Virus record (IMG/VR): IMGVR_UViG_3300025669_000006
Strand: one strand, 5' to 3'
Length of the DNA stretch: 46,043 nucleotides
From: a virus
The translations under genes were made by a program, and so were the position numbers. This document shows, in pieces, positions 7,897 to 15,469 of this stretch. Each line of letters starts with the position of its first letter. Positions within the stretch are counted from its first letter, which is position 1. The notes beneath the pieces were generated by a model. The model was not told the DNA's origin. It searched no databases and saw only the letters and a program-made list of their open reading frames with translations.

Positions 7897-8411
7897 GTTG
7901 CCCCTCCTGTCAGGCCTCCATCTTTCATGAATGTGACCCAATGAGTATTCTGTTGCTTCCCGCTTCTGTGTCCAAATAATGGCAGCCCTGGAGTCAATGC
8001 CAGAATCTTTGATAGTGGTATCTGGACAGAACTCCACTTGAATATCAAAGTCCCTTCTGGTCGCAGGACTCGAAAGCACTCGCTAAATCCCAATCGCAAA
8101 GCTGCTCTCCAATTCTTTTGGAGCACACCATATTTCTTTGCCATCCACCCAGAAGATCCTGCCCGTTCCAAGTGAGGAGGATCGAACACCACAAGCGCGA
8201 AGCTTTCGTCTGCAAACGGCAAGTCTGTGAAACTGGCGACGCAATTGGGCTGTACTACTAGCCTTCTGCTGCCTGCCCTTCTAGTTGCATCTTTCAGTAT
8301 GTGGGTTTCTTGGCGATTGTCCAAGAAGATAGTTCGATTATCTGTCTTGTCGAACCAAAACATTCTTCCGCCGCATGCCACGTCTAGGATTGGGATTGAA
8401 CTCGCGATCAT
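7893..8411 (-). CDS. Small SAM-dependent DNA methyltransferase (amino-MTase type, DPPH motif), 172 aa
   Basis: Motif I ILDVACGGRMFWFD and motif IV VVFDPPH. Start at ATG 8411 in an ATGA overlap with the upstream stop. The longer 228-aa track version has an implausible R/W-rich N-terminus. Confidence 0.7.
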   Translation of the reverse strand: MIASSIPILDVACGGRMFWFDKTDNRTIFLDNRQETHILKDATRRAGSRRLVVQPNCVASFTDLPFADESFALVVFDPPHLERAGSSGWMAKKYGVLQKNWRAALRLGFSECFRVLRPEGTLIFKWSSVQIPLSKILALTPGLPLFGHRSGKQQNTHWVTFMKDGGLTGGAT

Positions 8412-9205
8412 GGCTTTGCCTCTGGCATGACTGGCTCCATCCAACATACAGGCACGACTGCTTCTCCGTTGTCCAAGTGCCATCCTCCACCCGAATGTGA
8501 ATGCTTGCGCGCGATGTCGTGATAGGGGCCACCACCTCTGTCGATAACAACCCATAGACGCTCGCCCGGTGGAGCCCATGACAGGCTATAGTTCCACGGC
8601 GAATTGTCGTATGCCTCAGTCTTGAACTGTGTCGATGCCTTGATTTCGTCCCGCACGGCTCGCAGCGCCCGTGCCGCTGCCCGTGTCGCTGCATCCATCG
8701 AGCCCGTATCTTCTTCGATAGAATCTATGTGCCGGTCCAAGATCTTAGCGGAGTCCTGGGCCTCCTGAGGGGCTTGCGACTCACTCTCTGAGCATCTGAG
8801 GCTTATCTGTCTTGCGACGCTTTCGGCGGTACGGTCTCCCCAATATTTCCACCGTTCATCTAACCCAGCCCACGCCTCGTGGTTGCGCTCTTTGAGTGGA
8901 TCAAGAAAAGCGTCCACAACAAACTCGCACATGTCTGCAATGAGCGAATGCCCCAGCTCGTGCGCAATTGTGACGCTCTGTTCTGCCTCTGGCAGTGTGA
9001 AGAAAGCGGTATGGACTCGGACTCTAACTTCCATCAAATGTGGGCTACAGAAGATGCTCGCCTGCCCGCTATCACCGTCTCTTGGGCCTTCGATGTGCGC
9101 GATTGCAACCCACCAAGGAAACAGACTCTTGTTCTCCTCGATGAGCTGGCGCACCCGCGCCTCTGCCTCTTGGTTCTTGAATCCAGAATAGTAAAACTTG
9201 ATCAT
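8408..9205 (-). CDS. HExxH zinc-metallopeptidase-like protein with a DUF551-like C-terminal tail (265 aa)
   Basis: TIAHELGHSL (HExxH). The C-terminal end VCWMEPVMPEAKP resembles DUF551 ends (memory, weak). Conserved leader gcttgtctcctgttgcttg lies in front of the ATG. Confidence 0.55.
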   Translation of the reverse strand: MIKFYYSGFKNQEAEARVRQLIEENKSLFPWWVAIAHIEGPRDGDSGQASIFCSPHLMEVRVRVHTAFFTLPEAEQSVTIAHELGHSLIADMCEFVVDAFLDPLKERNHEAWAGLDERWKYWGDRTAESVARQISLRCSESESQAPQEAQDSAKILDRHIDSIEEDTGSMDAATRAAARALRAVRDEIKASTQFKTEAYDNSPWNYSLSWAPPGERLWVVIDRGGGPYHDIARKHSHSGGGWHLDNGEAVVPVCWMEPVMPEAKP

Positions 9206-9229
9206 GCGCTTGTCTCCTGTTGCTTGTCT

Positions 9230-10783
9230 TTATGGCGCGGTAGGCACGCCCTCTTGTGCTTGCCTGCTACGCGCCTCTTTCAGTAGCTGGCCTTCTAACG
9301 TGACGCCTTGGCGCTTGGCGTTCGCTATCTGTGTCTGAATTTCATCAATGTCCGCGTCGCTGTAGCCCTCTTCTTGTAGCACACGGGCCAACGGAAGTCC
9401 AACTTCTATCTTGTCGATCATGATCTTGGCCTTCTCGGCGGCCTGCTCGATACGCTCCGTCTCGGTGAGTGGCAGCACGTCACGGGCCTCGAAGGTGTGC
9501 TCGAACTCCGTGCCTATGTCTGATTTGTTGAACCCATCCAACCCAAGCTCCTGCCCCATTGTGAGCGCTACGAGATCGGCCTGTGCGAGCGCGGCTTCCG
9601 CGTTCTTGCGTGCCTCAAGGATCCGGGCGATGGCCGGCGCATACATCATTCGGAGCGTCGCTGTGGCTATGTTGCTGGTCTGGATTGCTGTCTCCATCCC
9701 AAGCTCTGGCAGGTTCTTGATGTTCTCTGCGACCTGAGCGTCAACCATGGCAAGGATTTGGGAGTAGGGAAGAGAGGGGACAAGGCATTTCAAGTCACCG
9801 GGCACAGAGATAACGGTTTCACCGGACAAATCTACTTCGTCTTCGGAGTTCGTCGGAAGAGAAGCTGGTGCCAACACACGCCCCGCTGAGTCCGTAGCGT
9901 TCCCCCCAACGATCCCCCACGTAGGCTTGCCGTGTCGGAACGCAAGCGCGTGCATCGAAGTCGCCATCAGGCTCGCTTCGTCGATTCCTGGTATCGCGGC
10001 CCAGAACGCGCACGCACCTCTGTGTAGTGGTGCGCCGATATCTCTGAATTTTGCATGTGCGATGGGCAGAACCCCATTCGTACCCAGCTCCGCAAGGGTT
10101 AGTGTCTTGTCTGGATTTGGGAGAGTGCTTGCCTTGTCCCCAACATTTCCTGTCCTGCGATCCCACCTCTTGACGCCTTCCATGCTCCAGATCTCGGTGT
10201 GGATGAAGGCCGACTCGGTGTCCGTCTTTGGGGTCTCGACATCTATTCTAAGCCCAGTCAATTCCCCGCGTAGATCCTCTGTCAGCTCTGTGACGGTCTC
10301 CGGGTCTAGCACCTGAAAGTAGAGTCTGTTTGGCGTCGCGCCTTTCACTGCATTCGGATCCGAGTTGTCAGCCACGACCTTGATGAACATGTCGCCGCTG
10401 ATTGAATAGCTCCTGATCATCCACGACTTGATCGCCTCGAATCGAGATACTTTCCAGACCTGTGCTAATGCCTTGTCCAGCGCGTCCGACAGCTTCTCTG
10501 CATCCTCAGCAAGCCAAACGGGAACGAGCGCGTCTTGTACGGTCCCCGGCCAGACGTACGCAACGTACACCTCTGCGAGTCTAGCGACAGGGCTGCGTAG
10601 TTGTCGCGTCAAGTCGGCCAACACATCCGAGGATGGCGTTAGAAGCCCTCGGCTGTAGGCGTAACCATTCAGTGCTTGTGTGACAGCGCGTTCACCCAAG
10701 TGCTGGATGTTCGTGCTGACCCCGCGAAGCGCTGCATACAGAAAAGACCCGATGCGGGCTGGCCAGCGTGTGAGAGTGGACAT
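9230..10783 (-). CDS. Portal protein (517 aa)
   Basis: Immediately downstream of TerL. ATG 10783 lies 1 nt after the TerL stop, with GGAGA upstream. Size is typical. The track version starts at 10849, inside TerL. Confidence 0.75.
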   Translation of the reverse strand: MSTLTRWPARIGSFLYAALRGVSTNIQHLGERAVTQALNGYAYSRGLLTPSSDVLADLTRQLRSPVARLAEVYVAYVWPGTVQDALVPVWLAEDAEKLSDALDKALAQVWKVSRFEAIKSWMIRSYSISGDMFIKVVADNSDPNAVKGATPNRLYFQVLDPETVTELTEDLRGELTGLRIDVETPKTDTESAFIHTEIWSMEGVKRWDRRTGNVGDKASTLPNPDKTLTLAELGTNGVLPIAHAKFRDIGAPLHRGACAFWAAIPGIDEASLMATSMHALAFRHGKPTWGIVGGNATDSAGRVLAPASLPTNSEDEVDLSGETVISVPGDLKCLVPSLPYSQILAMVDAQVAENIKNLPELGMETAIQTSNIATATLRMMYAPAIARILEARKNAEAALAQADLVALTMGQELGLDGFNKSDIGTEFEHTFEARDVLPLTETERIEQAAEKAKIMIDKIEVGLPLARVLQEEGYSDADIDEIQTQIANAKRQGVTLEGQLLKEARSRQAQEGVPTAP

Positions 10784-10784
10784 G

Positions 10785-12320
10785 TTATCTGTCTCCGGTT
10801 GCAATCCTGGCGTCAACGCCTGCCTGAAGCCATAGGACTGCGCGGTCAATCAACTGCGTGAATGCATCGACTTGATCGTCTCGTGGCGCCGCCGGAAAAG
10901 AGAACAGCTCCTCCAGAAATGGCGCAAGCCACGGAACCGCCATCCCCGGCCATGGTAACATAACGCTTCCGTTTTCGCACCAATAACTTGAGGCATTCGC
11001 CCTTTCTTCCTTCGAGCCTTGCGGTGTGACCCCGTCCAGGAGCGCCACAAGGCTTGCGTCCAGCTTTCGCTCCAGTGTCTGAAACAGGCTCTTTCCGCTG
11101 GCCTTCATCTCAATCGAAATCTGTTTCAGCTTGCCGTCCGCGTTGTGATCTGCGATGCAGCGTGTAGCCCACTTTACTAGATCTGGGAATGCGAAATGAC
11201 CGCGTTGCACGTCCGTGATTCTGACTCGGTAGTCTGGCAAGATGTCTCCGACAACAAGCGATGAAAACGACGCGGACTCGTCCTCGCCGTATGCGGTATC
11301 GAAGCTCATCCACCGGCCCACGGACTGGTTGCGGATAACTGGTATGTCATACGGCGCAAATAGATTAGACTCGGAAGCCCACCATTTTTTCATGAAGACG
11401 TTGCCGCCTGCGCTTGTGGGGCGGCCCTGGTGTTGTGAATTCCATGCGCGCTCTCCAATCACTTTTCTGATTCGGTTGAGTGCCTTTTCGTCGTACCGTT
11501 CGGGGTTAAGAGCCGCGCCCACCTCACGCCCCAGCTGGTCGTTGGGCAACGCAAGTGACGCAAGATTGATTTCGAGCCACTTGTCCCCGGTTTCGTTTTG
11601 CAGGACACGACCTGCGAGATCGTCTTCATTCCAACGAGTCATGGTTAATATCATTGCGGCTTGTGGCTCAAGGCGAGTATAAAGTTCCTCTCGAAACCCA
11701 GTCCATATGGACGAGCGGAACGCCGCCGACTCCGCCTCGTGTCGCGATCTAATCGGATCGTCGATGCAGTATAGGTTTGCTCCGTGCCCTACGACGCCCG
11801 CCCTGATTCCTGCTGCCTGATAGCTTGACCCGTTTGCTAGACCCCAGAGCGCGATCTTTCCTTTTCCCGGCGCCAGGGTTGTGATCGACCTGGCTATAAC
11901 TCTGGACGAATTTGAGAACTCATTGACTAAGCTCTGGCTATGTCCCGTGACAATGGCTCTGAGCCCAGGCTCCTTGTCCATCCTGTACACGGGATAGCGA
12001 ATCGTCACAAGCTCAGATTTTCCGCTACGAGGAGGGAGACTAAAGACGATCCGGTCGATGAGTCCCACGGTCACCAAGTCTAAGACGTGCGTAACGAGCC
12101 GCGTCCACTTCCACGTCCAGCACATGTGCGGCGATACGCGTGGGAGCCACGTACCAAAGCTCTCTTCCCCGCACAGCGCGAATGCCTGCGTCAGGTTGCC
12201 TTTGAGCGTCGAAGCCTGGAGAATTGACTGGGCAAGCTGTTCAAGCTTCGCCGGATCCTTCTTCATCAGCCCCAGCATGTCCGGCTCTAAGGCTCCTAAT
12301 AGCTCGTCGTAAGCGGACAA
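10785..12320 (-). CDS. terL: Terminase large subunit
   Basis: Walker-A-like LPPRSGKSE, Walker-B-like NLYCIDDP, TRWNEDDLAG, and the nuclease-domain end PAAPRDDQVDAFTQL, typical of Terminase_6-type TerL. Confidence 0.9.
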   Translation of the reverse strand: MSAYDELLGALEPDMLGLMKKDPAKLEQLAQSILQASTLKGNLTQAFALCGEESFGTWLPRVSPHMCWTWKWTRLVTHVLDLVTVGLIDRIVFSLPPRSGKSELVTIRYPVYRMDKEPGLRAIVTGHSQSLVNEFSNSSRVIARSITTLAPGKGKIALWGLANGSSYQAAGIRAGVVGHGANLYCIDDPIRSRHEAESAAFRSSIWTGFREELYTRLEPQAAMILTMTRWNEDDLAGRVLQNETGDKWLEINLASLALPNDQLGREVGAALNPERYDEKALNRIRKVIGERAWNSQHQGRPTSAGGNVFMKKWWASESNLFAPYDIPVIRNQSVGRWMSFDTAYGEDESASFSSLVVGDILPDYRVRITDVQRGHFAFPDLVKWATRCIADHNADGKLKQISIEMKASGKSLFQTLERKLDASLVALLDGVTPQGSKEERANASSYWCENGSVMLPWPGMAVPWLAPFLEELFSFPAAPRDDQVDAFTQLIDRAVLWLQAGVDARIATGDR

Positions 12321-12723
12321 TAGCAGACTCCTGTTCGATGTTCACATCCACCCCACCGGACATGCTCATACTGATCTTCATGTCTGGGCCTTTCTGGTGT
12401 CCCAACATGGTTGACTGTTGGCGGATGACAACAGACAACGCCTGGGCGCTGGCCGCGTTGCCCTTCATGACTTTAGGCATCAACGCGTCAATGGCCACCC
12501 CGAGCCGATCCACGTTGTCATAGTACCACTGCTCCCCCTCGGACAATACTCGCTGTTTGATGAACTCTCGGATAGCCTTCACGTCGTCGCCGATAGTGGA
12601 CTTGGGTACGCTCAGGGCTTTCGATATACTCCGGACTGAGCCTCCAGCCCGAAGAAGCGTGAGTACATTTTCTCGTCGCTCTTCGATCTCAAGCGTCTTT
12701 GATGCTGCTGTTGGTCTTGCCAT
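12241..12723 (-). CDS. terS: Terminase small subunit candidate (HTH protein, 160 aa)
   Basis: N-terminal HTH (LLRAGGSVRSISKALSVPKSTIGDDV). Directly upstream of, and overlapping, TerL. Confidence 0.6.
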   Translation of the reverse strand: MARPTAASKTLEIEERRENVLTLLRAGGSVRSISKALSVPKSTIGDDVKAIREFIKQRVLSEGEQWYYDNVDRLGVAIDALMPKVMKGNAASAQALSVVIRQQSTMLGHQKGPDMKISMSMSGGVDVNIEQESAIVRLRRAIRSLRAGHAGADEEGSGEA

Positions 12724-12889
12724 GGTCTATGCCTGCTTTTTTTAGGATGGGTGTGAGGCCAGCATCTGTGGCGCGTTGCGCTTCTGGATGCATCCTCCAG
12801 TTAGCTGGCGACGGTATAAGCGTGGATGCTTTCACGTTGCGCAGCTCTTTGACTCTGTTTCGGATTGGTACTCGCTTCTTCTTTGCCAT
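12689..12889 (-). CDS. Short ParB-N-terminal-like ORF (66 aa), possibly a remnant
   Basis: VKASTLIPSPANWRMHPEAQ resembles the start of ParB/Srx-fold domains, but the ORF stops before the GxxR core. GGAGGA RBS. Confidence 0.4.
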   Translation of the reverse strand: MAKKKRVPIRNRVKELRNVKASTLIPSPANWRMHPEAQRATDAGLTPILKKAGIDHGKTNSSIKDA

Positions 12890-12890
12890 G

Positions 12891-13025
12891 TCAGATCCTC
12901 CGCGTCATGGTATCATCTTTCGTCGAATTGCGATACGTACTCCATCGGCGGTAGCCCCACAAGCGCCTGCGCTTCAGCAAGGTCTTTGCGTGTTTGTAGT
13001 GGTCTTTTACTTGCTTCCAGCCCAT
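12891..13025 (-). CDS. Very small basic ORF (44 aa), below the track cut-off
   Basis: My translation: MGWKQVKDHYKHAKTLLKRRRLWGYRRWSTYRNSTKDDTMTRRI. GAGGAGGAG RBS. Its stop lies 1 nt before the next ATG. Confidence 0.3.
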   Translation of the reverse strand: MGWKQVKDHYKHAKTLLKRRRLWGYRRWSTYRNSTKDDTMTRRI

Positions 13026-13100
13026 TTCTCACTCCTCCTCATGTTTTCACACCCAGCGGCGCGTACTCGGCAGCCGCGCCCTTAGTTTCGTAGACTACTC

Positions 13101-13943
13101 TCACGGCAGACTCCCTTCCACGTCGCAGTTGTGCGGCTGGTCCTTTGGGTGCATCATTTCGCACCCTGGACACTGCACCCAGTCCTTTGTGCATGCAGCG
13201 CAGTAGTAGTTCCCAGTTTCCATATTTTCGATGTACTCGTCGGAAGCAGTGTCTACCCACGCATCACAGCTTGAGCAGTGCTCATAACACATCGAGTTGC
13301 CTATAAGCTCATCCCGTTGATCCACCTCGCCCCGTAACTCTTCCACTTCCCCCTTTGCCTCTGCGAGTTGCCTACCTCTGTTGAAACTCTCTGTCGCGGC
13401 TTGGTTGAACCTGTCCTGGAACTGTATAGCGTTTCGTTCCCACATATCACGGTCAGCGCGGAGAAAGGCGCTTGATGCTTTCGCCTTCTTGAACTGCGCA
13501 TCTGCCCTGTTCATCTCGCCTAAGGCTTCCTGCAATGTGTGTTTATGATCCACCTCTTCGCTTGCAAGTGCCCTCTTCGCTGTCGCCACCTCATCCCGTA
13601 ACTCTTCCACTTCCCCTTTTGCCTCTGCGAGTTGGGCGCGGAGTTTGTCACGTTCCTCAGACCCTTCACTAAGTCCTCTCGCTAGTGCTTCCGTGATCGT
13701 CTCGCCCCCACCATCTCCATCACCATCGAAAATTGTGTTCTCGCAGAATTCACTTGCCAGCGCGGTACGAATGTACCGCGCCTCGGCGAGTTTGTTGAGT
13801 GGGTGCTGGCCGCACCAATTGGATGACCCCTTTCCCGTCCCGGTAGGATCTCGTCTGCATACCCTACACCCATTTCCCTTCACCAAAAACCACGGACACG
13901 TCTCACACGTCGCGGCCTTGTCTCGCATGTTTAGCTCTTTCAT
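13101..13943 (-). CDS. Cys-cluster / coiled-coil protein (280 aa), unknown function
   Basis: N-terminal CETCPWF...CRVC...WCGQH and C-terminal CYEHCSSC...CAAC...CPGC clusters flank a coiled coil with a duplicated QLAEAKGEVEELR(D/G)EV. ATGA coupling to the upstream gene. Confidence 0.6.
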   Translation of the reverse strand: MKELNMRDKAATCETCPWFLVKGNGCRVCRRDPTGTGKGSSNWCGQHPLNKLAEARYIRTALASEFCENTIFDGDGDGGGETITEALARGLSEGSEERDKLRAQLAEAKGEVEELRDEVATAKRALASEEVDHKHTLQEALGEMNRADAQFKKAKASSAFLRADRDMWERNAIQFQDRFNQAATESFNRGRQLAEAKGEVEELRGEVDQRDELIGNSMCYEHCSSCDAWVDTASDEYIENMETGNYYCAACTKDWVQCPGCEMMHPKDQPHNCDVEGSLP

Positions 13944-14275
13944 AACCTTAATCCTCCACGTTTTGCCGCCGCTATGACCTTAGATGCAACATACCGGCTT
14001 GGCGCTTTCAGTGGACCAAGCCCCTTGACCCGTGACTCTGCTGGCCGCATATTCTCCTCCACGCAGGTCTGCGCGTAATCCAGCGCGACCGCCTCGTCCC
14101 GCGTATCCCGGTTGGCCATATAGATCGTATAGACCTCGTCTGGGGCTCGGTGCATCACATCCACAAACCAGCGGCGGCCCGCGTCGTCCGGGTCTACCCG
14201 CGCCTCGATGTTGCCGTCGGTCTCCGATCTCACCTCGCCGCGCCAGGCGTTCGAGTGTGGTGTGGTGTCATTCAT
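13940..14275 (-). CDS. Hypothetical protein (111 aa)
   Basis: ATG 14275 overlaps the frame-A MTase stop within AAATGAATGA. Confidence 0.55.
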   Translation of the reverse strand: MNDTTPHSNAWRGEVRSETDGNIEARVDPDDAGRRWFVDVMHRAPDEVYTIYMANRDTRDEAVALDYAQTCVEENMRPAESRVKGLGPLKAPSRYVASKVIAAAKRGGLRL

Positions 14276-15407
14276 TTGGTGGCCTCTCTGTTTCGTGCTT
14301 CAGCACGTGCAATAAAACAGCATGCTGCTTTTGCCGCCACGATTGGGTGTACTCCGTTGCCACAGCCTCGAAGGCGGTCCACCCGATAGGCCAGCCCATC
14401 AGCCACTCGACGAAATTCGGGTTCAGCATCCGCGCCAGCTTCGGCTGCCATTCGGGTAAGCTCAGCAGCAGACGGTAGAGAAGGGGCAACCCATGCGTTA
14501 CGGCTAAGGACTTCGGCCCATGCACCTTTATCTCTTGGACCTGGTGGGAAAGGTCCGAGTCCTTCCGCTTGCCCGCGCTCAGCTTGTAGCCGTCTGCGCT
14601 CATCGGGGTGGGCCAGTGCTTCGCTTGGGACTCCAGCCCCACCGTCCGCTTGCCCGTTGCCGTCGCACCCTTTGCTGCTACCACTTCCGCTGACACACTG
14701 CGACCGCCGTTCGGCCAGTTCGGGGTCATCCACTGTGCCGCCTCCCCCGCCAGTGTCTTGCCGTGTCCGTTCCCGTGGCTCGGTGCGTTCCTCGTGGTCC
14801 TGTTCTCGTTGGCGCTGGCTCGGGGGGTTGGCCAAGTGCTCGCCGCACTCTGTAGTCCTGGTGTGTGCCTGTCCGCCTGTGATGGTCCGTCCGCCTTCGC
14901 ACAGTGCGCCGTCGCGGTAGGCAAGGATGAACAGTCGCTTGCGGAGGTGAGGCGCACCCACTTCAGCCGCGCTAAACAGTCCTGCTTCAACCCGGTAACC
15001 CATTCCTCGTAAGTCGGCTCTGACCTCTTCAAAGCCCAGTCTAATGTGGTTTGCGACGTTCTCGAAGAAACAGAGTCCTGGCTGTACCTCTGACACAATG
15101 CGTCGAACGTCGGGCCACAGGTGTCTCGGATCATCTGCGCCGCGTCGGCGACCGGCGACACTGAAGGGCTGGCATGGGTAGCCGCCAGAGACGATATCCA
15201 CCAAGCCGCGCCACGGTCTGCCGTCGAAGGTTTTGATATCGTCCCAGATAGGCGCGCTATCCATGGCCGAATCTTCCATCCGCGCCACGAGAGCAGCCGC
15301 TGCGTAGGCTTCCCGCTCGACGTAACCCACAGTTCGATATCCGTCCCCGAGGGCGAGGCTGATCCCGAGTTCGAGCCCGCCAATTCCTGCACATAAAGCC
15401 AAGCCAT
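14268..15407 (-). CDS. Co-extensive +1-frame ORF (frame B, 379 codons) inside the C5-MTase gene; candidate overprinted gene or recoding partner
   Basis: Open for 1140 nt, one nucleotide out of phase with frame A. Carries TWPTPRAS, HWPTPMSADG and LNPNFVEWLMGWPIGWT, motifs I associate (from memory) with phage methyltransferase-type proteins. See finding. Confidence 0.35.
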   Translation of the reverse strand: MAWLYVQELAGSNSGSASPSGTDIELWVTSSGKPTQRLLSWRGWKIRPWIARLSGTISKPSTADRGAAWWISSLAATHASPSVSPVADAAQMIRDTCGPTFDALCQRYSQDSVSSRTSQTTLDWALKRSEPTYEEWVTGLKQDCLARLKWVRLTSASDCSSLPTATAHCAKADGPSQADRHTPGLQSAASTWPTPRASANENRTTRNAPSHGNGHGKTLAGEAAQWMTPNWPNGGRSVSAEVVAAKGATATGKRTVGLESQAKHWPTPMSADGYKLSAGKRKDSDLSHQVQEIKVHGPKSLAVTHGLPLLYRLLLSLPEWQPKLARMLNPNFVEWLMGWPIGWTAFEAVATEYTQSWRQKQHAVLLHVLKHETERPPNE

Positions 15408-15411
15408 TCAT
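14272..15411 (-). CDS. dcm: DNA (cytosine-5)-methyltransferase (frame A)
   Basis: Motif I LCAGIGG, motif IV GGYPCQPFSVAG, motif VI FFENV, motif VIII GAPHLRKRLFILA, then FPPGP...W and RVDRLRGCGNGVHPIVA (motif X). Confidence 0.85.
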   Translation of the reverse strand: MNGLALCAGIGGLELGISLALGDGYRTVGYVEREAYAAAALVARMEDSAMDSAPIWDDIKTFDGRPWRGLVDIVSGGYPCQPFSVAGRRRGADDPRHLWPDVRRIVSEVQPGLCFFENVANHIRLGFEEVRADLRGMGYRVEAGLFSAAEVGAPHLRKRLFILAYRDGALCEGGRTITGGQAHTRTTECGEHLANPPSQRQREQDHEERTEPRERTRQDTGGGGGTVDDPELAERRSQCVSGSGSSKGCDGNGQADGGAGVPSEALAHPDERRRLQAERGQAEGLGPFPPGPRDKGAWAEVLSRNAWVAPSLPSAAELTRMAAEAGADAEPEFRRVADGLAYRVDRLRGCGNGVHPIVAAKAACCFIARAEARNREATK

Positions 15412-15469
15412 TTATTCTCCTTAATATTGACCCGTTTCACGTTGTGGGCTGTCAGTTTCAAGACCTGCA

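Noticed and set aside
12689-12760. A7 run (A AAA AAA G on the mRNA) as a frameshift site fusing the ParB-like ORF to the small terminase.
   Set aside because: The TerS frame contains a TAG two codons upstream of its ATG, so no fusion can be made. The -1 frame gives only an R/Q-rich 40-residue tail, so no sensible fusion product results.
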